DNA of 64,000 nucleotides from Macrostomum lignano. Lineage: Eukaryota. Shown here piece after piece: positions 22,001-34,000 of this stretch; within the stretch, counting starts at the first letter, position 1; each line of letters begins with the position of its first letter. Below the pieces are notes generated by a model. It had not been told where the DNA came from and ran no database searches. It worked only from the letters and a program-made list of their open reading frames with translations. Location of the stretch: contig NIVC01001197.1 of assembly GCA_002269645.1 (NCBI GenBank), forward strand, positions 119,269-183,268, given 5' to 3'. The translations under genes and the position numbers were made by a program.

Positions 22001-25000
22001 CAGTCATGCAAAAACCGAATCACAATACACTGCATATTGAAACTCTATCAGATGCCTCCAGATTTAGCCGCTTTTAAGCAAAATCTAGCCTCAGCCACAG
22101 AATATATTCTGTGGCCTCAGCAGAACCAGCTTAGGCCATAAAGGATCTAATATAGCAGAGACAATATAAAGTGATCAATAATGCATTTGGCTGAGAGAGC
22201 AAAGCGCAATGGCTTCGTGGCATGTGCATTGGCTCTCGCCCCATCTGCATCGAGCCAACGCGTGACTGCATCAAAGCCGCGTCTAAAAATAGCATTTCAC
22301 GCCACAAGCTCATGCTAGAACGCCCAAGGCATGCTGTCTGTGGCACTAACCTAAAACGCAGAGGCAGCAAAAGGCAGGGCTAGCCCCGAGGTAGTTTCTA
22401 AAAAAAGCTCCTGCTTGTCTGTTTTCATTACTGACTGCTGCTTAGCGATGTATAATAAAGGCTGCATACGAAAGCGAAGCAATTTACTCATGATACTACT
22501 CAAAATGCGTCTTCACAACACAAGTAGTTAGTATGGAATATAATTAAAGAGCAGAAAATTTATGCTAAAACTGCTGATTCGCCATTCTGTGTATATTCTG
22601 TGGTATAAATTGCCACTATCTGCTTTCACTGCTATTAGGTTGAAAATGGATTTGAAATTGATAATTTGTGATTTTTGGCTGATTGAGTGCCTGAAAAATG
22701 GATAATTAGAATTTTAAAAGAATTGTAGCCTAAAGGCAGATACTGCAGCAAATTGTACTAATGTCTGGTTTTTGAGTGTCTTCAACAAGTGCTCATGTGT
22801 CAAAAGTGATAGGAAATTGATCAGAGTTGTGATTTTTTAACATGCTTGGGCGCAACCTTGGGATTCACCCAGCTGTTTCTATTGGCAACACACGCATGTA
22901 AGTCGCTATTGGCTGAGAGCAGTCACGTGATTACTGTTCTTTCCAATAGCAACTTACATGCATGTGTTGCCAATAGAAACGGCCAGGTGAATCCCAAAGT
23001 TGCGCATGTATGTTTTTTAATAATTGGCTTGAAATCAGGCAAAATAACAAAGGAAAGAAAGACAACAATTTTATGCAATTTTATGCAATCTGATTTCCCA
23101 AAAATAAGGCATATTTGTGTGCAATTTCTAGAGATTTGGTTCATTAGGTAAAAAAGTTATTGATAAAAAAACTGAAAACTTGATTTTTGATACTTTTTTA
23201 CTTCCTAGGCTAATTAACCGGGAAATTGTAGGAATTTTGCACTGAAACCAATGCACAATGTTCCAGACAGTTAGTTTAAAAAATACTTGAGTTTCATCAC
23301 AATTCAAATGTTCTTTTCAATGCCTTTTTTGCACCACAATTCATCAGATTAAGCTGCATACCACTTTGCATAATTTGCATTTGCATGCAATTTCAATTTA
23401 GGCTGAGTTAAGCTGGTTAGAAAAGAAAGGAAAGGAAGGAATACATACAATGTATACTCCTGTCCCTTCCAAGTGGGGCTGTGGCAATGAGGGCTGGTAC
23501 TAGAGCTTCATTTGCTTCATGCATAGACCAACAAAAATTAGATCAATAAATAGATATGACATGATTAGAACTTACAAGGGGTGATCAAAAAGTTCTGCAA
23601 GTGACCTCACAACTCTGTGTTACAGCAGCCAAGGCGTCTAATCAGTGTCACATTCTCTCAAAGTATTTTCCATCATCATCTATGCACCGTGGCATACATG
23701 TGCACCATGTCTGAAAGCAGTCATGGTACTCTGAAGTTGGTATACCCTATAGAGCTGAATGTACCACTTAGGCAAGGTCTTGTATGAGTTAAAATGGCCT
23801 CCCAGAAATGACGGATTTGATCTTCAGGAATAGCCAAAAGTTGCAGGGTACTAGGTCTAGAGAGTAGGGTGGATGGGGCAGCAGCTGGACCCCCTGCTGC
23901 TCCAGGTATGCCATGGTTAAGGCCACTCTATGCGGTGCCGCATTGTCATCATGCAGCAGGAGTTGAGGTGTCTGGTCCATGTCTGGTTTGTGCACATTCC
24001 TGCCATTCCTGCAGCACACCTGGCAGAACAGTGTACTTGGCAGTCACTGTGGCACCCACTAGAAGGATTTTCACTGATACAACACCCTCAGAGTTGAAAA
24101 AAAAAGTTGAATATCCACCTCCGACTGCAGAATCCAGTCTTCAGCACCTTAGGCCTTGGCTCATCTTCTTCCAGCCAGACCATGTTGGACTGCTTATCCT
24201 TCATGGTAAAGAAGGAGATCCAACATTTGTCTCCTGTGATAATATCCGACAGTCATCGTGGGCTGTGAGGCTAAAAAAATTGCAGCCACAAGCAACAGAT
24301 GCACACCCTCTCTGCTTGCTACTCCGGAGTGAGAAGATGGGGTACCCACTAAGCGGAGGTCTTTGTGCAGCCCAGTTGCCCATGCATGATGTTATGAGCA
24401 CTTCCACAGCTGATATCAAGCTCATAGGCAAGGAATCTTAGTGTAATGCTCCGATCCTCACAAATTATTGCATCGGCACAGGCCACAACATCCTTGGTCA
24501 TGGATGTCCAGGGTCAGTCAGATCTCGGTTCATTGTTGAAGCTGTCCCGACCTTCCAAAAAATGGCGCAGCCAGCAGGCAACCATGTCAAATGATGGAGC
24601 AGAGTCAGCTAAAACATTCATTAGATCAGTATGAATCTCAGTGGCTCTGCAGCCAAGTTGCATGCACATAAAGCTATAGAAGCAAACACTGCCTTTTGAT
24701 GGTTCCATCAGCTACTGAAAACACATGGAAAATATATGGCTGTGAAATTTGACTGGGACACATTTGGAAGCCAAAAATGCATATAAATATAGCAAGCAGA
24801 TATAGCCACATATGTGTAAGTTTTTGGCTTTTGTTGACTCCATAGTTAAAAGTTATGACAAGAGGTTGCATAACTTTTTGATCACCCCTCGTAGTATTAA
24901 ATTTAGCTTTTTAACTAAACGCTTAAATTGCACCTAGTACAAAGATTGGCAGGTGGCACACTTCAAGTCACTACGTGTACTATCTACCTAGACTAAAAAG

Positions 25001-28000
25001 TCAGACAATATGGCTTATAGGGCAGCTATATGTTGATCCCAAACAAGCGACAAAATATATTAACTCATTTTTGGCCTAGTACCAATTACTGTGGCTTAAT
25101 GCTAAGAACAAAGCATGGCATCACAAGCAGCAATTTTTGATGCACTGATTCTTAAGTTGCATCTTACACTGTATTCAGACATAGGGAATCTGCCAACAGT
25201 CTAGAACCAGCTAGAATGGCACCACCATCGCCAAGTAAGGCTTTGACAATATTGCCATCTTGGGGGCATATCAGTACTGCGGTCACAGGAAACATAGTCA
25301 GCTTGCCAGGCCTGCAGATACCACGCCCTGACTTGGCCATTGATGCAATCACCAAGTTTGATGTGTGGAGAGCTACTATCGAGGCATATTTCGAAGCCAT
25401 GGGAGTGCAAAAGTGCAACAATTCTGCTTGTCTATTCACTATGCAGCAATCCTACTCCTGCTATGTGCATTTTAATATTGGTTTAACATCAGTAAAAACT
25501 GATTGGCCAAAGTTATATACATGTAATTTCTTAGTTCTTCAGGTAAAGCCATTCCATAGCTATCAAAGTAGTATTACTTATGCTTCCAATTAGGATTAAT
25601 CACCTAATAAACCCAATGTGAAACCTGGTTTGTCAAAGTGCTAAAGTTCATGATGCCACATTCCCTTTTTATGGTTTGGTTTGAGTTGTTAATTAGAGTT
25701 AGAGTTAGTAGAGTTGTTAACTAGAAGTTTGAGAAGTGTATCTTATAAAAACTGCATAGATATTTTTATATTGGCACCAAAAAATAAGCTGGTGCCTGAT
25801 CCTAGAGTAGTTAGGCCTAATCTAAAAATGTATGTTCTTAACTTTTTAATTCTCATTTATGTTTCAAAATGTTTTTAGCTTTCAAGAATGACTTTTTTGC
25901 ATATTATTAATATCTAGACTACAATATTAAGAATTAAAACTGCCTGTAAAAATTTCACTCACTTGCATAATAAAAAAATGAAAGCTTCCTGTCTTATTAT
26001 TTTATTTTGCAACCAAATTTTCACAGTTTTAAAACTTGAGTGTTAGGCCCCTTTATTAAATCTAATTTAAATTATCCATGTATAAAAACTGTCCTATTGG
26101 AAGTTTTACATCTTGACAAATAATTCATTTTCAGCCTGTTATGGAACAGGAAATGTGACAGCAACAAAATCAGGAATCAGAATAATAAGTCACTATGGTG
26201 CCTTAAAATCTCGTTATGCAAACAACATGGACTGTTATTGGCATATAAATGTTCCTGTTGGACAGAGAATCGCCTTTTATTTTCAACATTTCTATATATG
26301 TAAAAATGATACAGTGACAGTGTTTGATGGCTCCAACAATTCAGTACTTCTGCTTAGTACTGATGACAGCTCGTTTATTGACAATGTTATTTTCTCCTCA
26401 GCAAACACGGCAACTATGCAATTTACTACAGATAGTGCCTGTACACGTGATGGGTTTGCAGTGTGGCTTCAAGAAATTGGAAATGGTAAGCAAAGCCTCA
26501 ATTAATTTTAAGATGTAAAACAGATCAATCAAAACCAAAAATGTAGTTTGATTGCTATTCAAATACTAATTGCAGCAAAGATTTTAACAGCCATATAATA
26601 TTCCCCTTAGACTGATTCTATTAATAGAGAACCTATTTTACTATTTAATTTTATTCACAGCTTTTCATAATTTTTGCTATTAATAAAAGATATTTATTGT
26701 AAAAAACTAGACACTATTTACAATAAAAATGTGTGTTTCACTACTAATAGCAATGAAAGTTAACAATTTTTTCTAATAAAAATACATCAACCCATTAAAT
26801 ATCAAATCAAGCTCGAAGGTTTCGAAGCAGTCCTCTAAAGTTATTAAGATAAAACTGATATTGTTGCAGTGAAGATCAATAAGAGTCAGCTAAATTTATG
26901 TTTTTTGTGTTTTAGAGCTATGAAAAACTAAGAAAATCAGGCCTATGAATTATAATGCAATGAAAAGCTATAGGCTATAACGCACAAAAATAAAAGGGTG
27001 CCTCAGTGGGCTGCGAAGAAGCTATGCTTTATATTTTGTTAATTGACCTTTGATTTCTAGATATATACATGTGATATACAAGGCGTGAGTGGTGTGATTG
27101 GTGGGGGAAGGAAAACTGACTTATGCAATAACAATGGGGTGGATGCGCGCACAGACTAAACTGACAAGCATGAAATCTTACTCTTCAAACCAATTGAAAC
27201 TTTAGGCCTTGCAAGTAGGCCTTTTAGCAAGAGCCATTTATGTGCAATTGTACTTAAGTAGAACCTAACACAAAATTTTATTAGACTGATTATACAATTT
27301 TATATAGGCCAGCTCTAGAAACTTGAATTTTTGTGTGGTTGTATCATTATTTAAGTTTTTAATAACTTAAAATATTGATTGTAACAAGTTATGCCCTCTA
27401 TGTGTCTGAAAGAATAGAAGATGAGTTCTTCTATTTTCGAGTCTATAAGTTATATAACTATATAAAATATTTATGCTTATGTAGGCCTATATTAAAGCAT
27501 ACAAAAATATATACCCTTGTTTAGTTGCTTATGCAGGAGAATTCTAAAAATCAATAAAATATATCAAGTTCCAATCAAGCCTTCAATCTATTATTAAGTG
27601 AAAGCTAGTCAACAATTTTATAGCCCAAATCCTAACATGTCTTAGGATATGAAAGTCATTACATTACAAAGTTACATATATACATATAGACAAACAGATT
27701 AGAGATTTAGTATAGCTAGATAGAAAGATAGAAGATAGAAGATGGATGGATGGATAGATTGAATGGATTGGATTAATGGATGGATAAATGGATGTGGGAA
27801 GCAGAGGCAGGCGGGGGTTGGGTTGGGTAGCTGTCTCGCTGACAAAAAATAGCCTAAACTAGCAATCTAGTGTGGCCCCCTTTTAGGGTACCCAATAAGC
27901 AAAGAGCAAAAATAGTTCATGGAAAACTATTAAAAAAGCACATTTCTTAAAAACCAATTCCTTTTTTCTTTTAAAAATCACATTATTCATGTAAAATTGT

Positions 28001-31000
28001 CATGGGACAATGATATTTCCTATGAATCTTTTTATAAAATTAACAAACAGGCAAAAAATATAGCTTTAACAAAGATAACAGACATTGATGAGATCAGTAA
28101 CACTCGAAGCAGTTGGATGGAATGGAATTGGAATGGAATGGATGGATTAGATGGATGGATTAGATTAGATTGGATGGATGGATGGATGGATAGATGGGTG
28201 GATGGATTGGAAGATTAGTATGTTTAGATAGATGGATGGATTGGAAGATTAGTACATTTAGATGGATGGATAGACTAGCCATTTAGCCCTTCGCTTGGGA
28301 GGGGCTTAAAAATGACACCAAATTGCCATGAATCAAAACCTTCATCAGCCCAAAACCCTTTCTCAGTTAATAGTGCTTATCCTTTTAAGCACAAACTCTT
28401 AGTGCATATTGTCACTGGCCGGGGCATATTCTGGTCCGCAGCAGGAGCTCAATATGCCAATCCCTGACGGCCTTAGACTTCTCTTTATTAGCCTAACTCA
28501 AAGAACCAAACCTTTAATAAATATGCTGGTATTTCCTATTAGCAAGAATCAGCATCACTTGTGTGTACTATTTCATTATCTTAAATAAATTAGCTATTAG
28601 CCTAGCCCAGTAAGCTTTAACATCTTAGCAATCCCCCAGTAAGCCTTGAGATCTCGCAGCGATTCCCCCAGTAAGCCTTGACATCGTAGCAATTCCACCA
28701 AAAAGCCTTGACATCTCAGCAGTTCCCCCCATTGAGCCTCGACATCGCAGCAATTAAACTCGAGCCTCGACATCTACGTAATACTCCCAGCGCAGTAAGC
28801 CTTGCCATCCCAACAACCCAACTTCCCTCTCCTAAGAATTCAGCAATCCCCTTATAAGCCTTAAGATAACTCAGCAATTTCTTTATTAGACTTGTCAACT
28901 CAGCGATTCCCCCATGAACTTTGATATCTTAGCAAGTCTTTAATTGATGGTTGACAGCGGTCAATCTATGATTGAACCAAAACTCACCTAAGCCCCTAAC
29001 CCTAACCCATAAGTGAGTCTTGGCATGTTAGCGATTTTCACAATGAGCCTTGAGCCTCAGCATTGAAGTAACTTCCTCATAAGCTTTGTAATCGAAATTT
29101 CACCGAAAGCATTGACCTGTCAGCAATTCCGCAAAGAGCCAAAGCATTTAAGTAATTCGCCCAAGAGCGTATAATCTTAGCAATTCCTCGATGAATAATT
29201 AATGATTGACACGACGATCGCTCCATAATCGAACCAAAACCAAAACCCTTAACCTGCAGCCGAATTTCAGCAATTCCCCAATGAGCTTTTGAAATTTTAG
29301 CAATTTCCCCATGAGCCTGAAAATTGAGTGACTAACCTTTTGATATGTTGGCACTTGCATTTCAACAATTACCTAATGAACCTTGACCTATATCAGCTAT
29401 TCCCTAACCTTTCAGCTATTCCCTTTAGGAGAATAGCATTTCAGCAATTGTTCTCCAGCGGTTTAGCAATGCTTCACCAGCAGTTTAGCAATGCAGTTTA
29501 GCAATGCTTCACCAGCACTGTTTTGCACAATCAGAGAGCAGATGACCACTAATCTTTGCTTATGGCCATATTGCTTCATTGAAATAAAGCAATGAAATGA
29601 AGCAATGAAGCAATAACTTGCAGTTTAAATTTGATTTGTAATCCCCTTGCATATTTACTATTTTAATATATGCGTCAAATTAGCACTGCTCTCCCCGATT
29701 AGCAATACCCTTTGCAAATTAACACTTACAGCAGATAAGCGCTGCTCTAGAAGCTTAGCGTAGCCCAAGCAAAAGTATCTACAAAATTAAAATGTTAAAC
29801 ATTTGCATGAATCCCCATAGGAGAGTGATTATTGTCACAAAGATAAATTCGCTGCTTCAATGCAGACTGGAACTGTCGACTATCTTTTAAGTTTAGTTTA
29901 AAGTTTGAAGTTAACCCCCCCCCCAGAAATCGGCAGTGATCTCCACAACAACCTGCAATTAGCTATCCCTTCTAATCCCGCCAACAGACTGCAGTCATAC
30001 TCTTAGAAGCCTGCAGGTATCCACTTTGCCGTGTACAACTTTCATGAACATCAGAAAGCTACAATAATTCACTCAGAAGTCCGCTGTTATCTCCTCAACA
30101 ACTTGCACTTAATTCTTCACAGTTACTATCCACTGGACTTATTTTATTTTGCTAAAGGGACTGGACTCATCCCTGTCCAAGCAGCTTGGCTACGCGCTGG
30201 AGAGTCGCATCAGTGAGCGAAGAAGCAGCATCACCATCGCCGTGAATGTCCTATCACGTGGCGGACAGACGAAGACAATCTCTGAGTTCAACGCTGCGAA
30301 GTATCTTCTAGTCTCGATGGCAGACAAGTTGAACCTGGGCGCCAGTGCCAGCAAAGATCCACAGGCAGTTGATTGCGTGGAAATTGGGGCCAACAAGGAG
30401 ATCGTCAGCAGCGCACCTCAGGCAACAATGGAGGAACGACTGCGACTGGCGTTGGAGGGCTGGCACTCAGGCCAAGGGCAAGAAGTCCTGCTGAACAGGG
30501 AAAATTCCATTGAGGCAAGGGTTGGGTTGGGCGTGAGCTGGAATTCCTGCGGGCTACAGGGCAGCAAGTGGAGATACTACAGCTGCTGTACCAATCACTG
30601 ATGGCCATTCCAGCGACCAGTGTCGAAGCTGAGCGTGCCTTTTCCGCTGCAGGCATCCTCCTGACGAAAGTGAGGTCCAAGCTGAGCGACACGACACTCT
30701 CCAAGCTTGCTCTGTTGAGAGCCCACTTTGCCAACCAGACAAAGTAGCTTGCTTTGCTGACTGCCGTAAATTTATATTACTGCTGCTGGTAGCCTGGTAC
30801 TTGTATTGCATTGCATGATTTGCGATGGAAAATATATTGCATTGATGGAAGGCGAAGCCGGTTGAAACAGGAAGGAATGTGACAATTTTACAAGGAATAA
30901 GTGAGTGACCAAGGATAAGTGAAATGAAATGAAATAACTTAACTATTTTATCAATATCAATGCAGTATAAGCTAGAATAGAAAGTAGGAACCCAAATGAT

Positions 31001-34000
31001 GCTCTAATTGGTTGAGAAATTTATTTTGTGGGCAATGGAAAGCTTCCTGTCAATTTGTTTGTTCAATCCCGGGATTGGCCCGGGATCCCGGGATTGGGTC
31101 AATTTTTTGTCCGGGATCCCGGGATTGTAAAATGTCCAGGATTTGGGATCCCTAGGCAGTACCCATTGATGGGTCAGTAATACACGAAGCAGTTTTTAAA
31201 AATCAAATTTGATAAGTGGCTTGTGCCAAGTAGCAAAAATTTTTTGCTAATTAATAAAAAATGTTGTAATTAAAATTAATCAAAAATGTTATATTTAGTC
31301 GAGACAAGCTACAGATGAATAAATTAGTTTATTTTAATTATCCGCCATTATCTCCATTTATTTATCTCCATTCCTGCGAGAATGCAATACGCAGTTGTGG
31401 CGCAATCATAATTGGAATTGGAATTCAGCCAGTCCAGAATTCAACCTTGCTAGGTCTCCGATTAAAAGCATAGGGAAAACTCGTTTTTCGAATATTTAAT
31501 ACCTTTAGCATTGAAGCAGATTAAAGAATTCTTGACCATACAATCCTTGTGTGATTTGCGATCTTTTGGCGAAAACGCGATCAAAATGAGTCAAGAATTG
31601 CAGCCTGTAGAGCTTCCATAATAATTTTATTTTTCACTTCTTTAATAACTGCGCAATTTAAATAAAGTAATTACCTCGGCAGTGGAGCCCAGTGAGTTTT
31701 TTCTGTCAGTTGGCTCTAGCGCAATAATTAAAATTGGCTGTGAATTCTCTCGCTGCTCGCAGACTGATAAAATTTGCATTGAGAAAAGCCCATTTAAAAG
31801 AGTTGTTCGAATATATTTAATCCCTTAAGCATTGAAGCAGATACAACAAATTTAAACTATCTTCTTTCCAGATAATTATACAAATATTTTGGCAAAAACG
31901 CGATTGAAATTTGTCAAGAATTGCAATTAGCGGTGTCGGAACATATTTCAAAGTGGGGGGGGGTGGGGCTATTGGTGGGAGGGCACATTGCACATACATT
32001 TTTGTAATCTTGGGCACCCTAACTCTTGCTGTTATGTCATTTTATGACATTGTGACAACCAGGCCAATATTAAATTCTGTGTTGGTAGTGAACAGAAGTC
32101 TAAAAATGCTCAATTTTTTAGCTGATTCAAACATTGTGCAACTGTACTGTACTATCAATTTATTTAGTACAATAAATATCCTAAATGAACGAAAATTGCA
32201 AGACAAGTGTGGGAGGAAAGCCGCAACACATTGCTACATTTAAGTAGGAATTTTAAGAAAATATCCGCAGGTGATAGTCACGAATGTACGTATCATGTAC
32301 GTCGTACATGATATAGCTCGTACAAATTTTCTTCCTCTAGGAAACTTTTTTACGAATATAAATTACTAAAATAAAGGTTGCTTTTAAACACCCCTGCATC
32401 CTACATATACAATACAACCCTTTGTTCTGTTCAAAGTAAATTTTCTATTGTGTATTTTTGATTCTTAATATACTCATAAAGTTTATTACTAAAAAACAGA
32501 ATAGCTAGTTCTAATTTTCTAAAATATAAATCAGTGCTAGATACAGTGCTAATGGCTTACTCGAGTCGTCAAGTTGGTGAACATTTTGTTAATGCTAATG
32601 CAGCGAGTCGACACAACTGGATCGTGCAAGAATGGCACACGTTAAAATTTCCTTTAAAAGTTCAGCCGACGACTGCAACGGCACACGAATTTATGTGCAA
32701 TTTGTTGTAAGTCCAAGTTGTCAGTGCGCTTCTTGTGCACATGCAAGATCATTAGACTGTTGTAAGCCTTAGCACCAAAAGCATTCCCTGTATAACTCTT
32801 CACACGTCGTTGTGCGGAAAATGACCTCTCAGCTGTAGCAGATGTCATGGGTACCAGCAGGTAGTTGTGAAGTGTCGAATAGACAAAAAACTAATAAAAC
32901 GAGATATAAGTGGTGCAGAAAGGAAGAGAGGTGAAAGAAGTGAAGGGCCAAACCGCGGGTTGAAGTTGTATTTATACTAACAATGATGAACAGGCCAGCC
33001 AAATTGTCTGTGGTAAATGAACGGTTACGATAGTCTGTGGGAAAGGCATGGCAGACAAAGGGAGACGGCTAACTGAAAAGTACAAGGTAATAGAAAGTAC
33101 AAATATTTGGAGGATGGAAATCCGACAGGCTCGGGGGGCCAACAGGTAACGATAGATAGAGGGGATTTTGAACGGCAAAAATAGTAGAATGATTAAATAG
33201 CGAGTATTTGCGCATTGAGTTTATTTCGTGAAAGCGGTCAACTGTTTAGTCAGGTTGTAACAATGCCGGGCCGGAAGCCGAGCCGGCAGACGAGACGGGC
33301 AGCATCTTCCTTGGTGTCAGCGCCGATGACGAGATTGTCGACATAGAGGCTGCCAATGATGCGCTCGAGCTCGGATTGGGTGAGGTCGGAATCTCCCGAG
33401 TTAATTGCGTCTAAGCAGATCTTGTGGAGGACCGCCAGGAGAATCCACGCTTTGGGAGAGGCGCCCATGACGATGCGAGTGAAGCGCCAGAGCTCAAAGT
33501 TGCCCTGTACTAGCGGCTTGGTGATGTACTTCGGGAGGATGATGCGGAGGACGTCGCGGTGAGGCTTGTGAACACCTATCTGGTAGAAGGTGGCCTTGAG
33601 GTCAGATGAGATGCCGAACTGGTGAGCGCGTTGAACTAGAAGGACTTGAAGCATTGACGTCAGCAGGTTGGGCCCAGGCTCTAGGAGGTCGTTGAGTGTG
33701 GCGCCAGCGAGCGAGGTCTTGGTAGAAGCGTCGACGACGGGGCGGATCTTCGTCGTGTTGGAGCTCTCCTTTAAAACTGGGAAGTGCGGCAGAGTCTGGA
33801 TGACTGGGCCAGCTACCTGGCCAGGGCTGACTCGTTCCAGGACACCTCCTTGCTTGCGCTTCTCGAACTCGGCGTAGTAGGCCTCGCGCTCGGGAAGGCT
33901 GAGGCGGCGGTGGGTGGCTTGAGCACGACCGAAGGCCTGGCCAAAGTTGGAAGGTAGGAGCTCGGCTCCAGGTTCGAATGGCAGGTCGACGGAGATTCGA

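Noticed and set aside
25216-25593. ORF with KFDVWRATIEAYFEAMGV, faintly like a Gypsy Gag N-terminus
   Set aside because: One short motif only, with no LTR, PBS or pol nearby.
31490-31927. Two ~120-bp degenerate direct repeats
   Set aside because: Real but short, and they cannot be assigned to any element.
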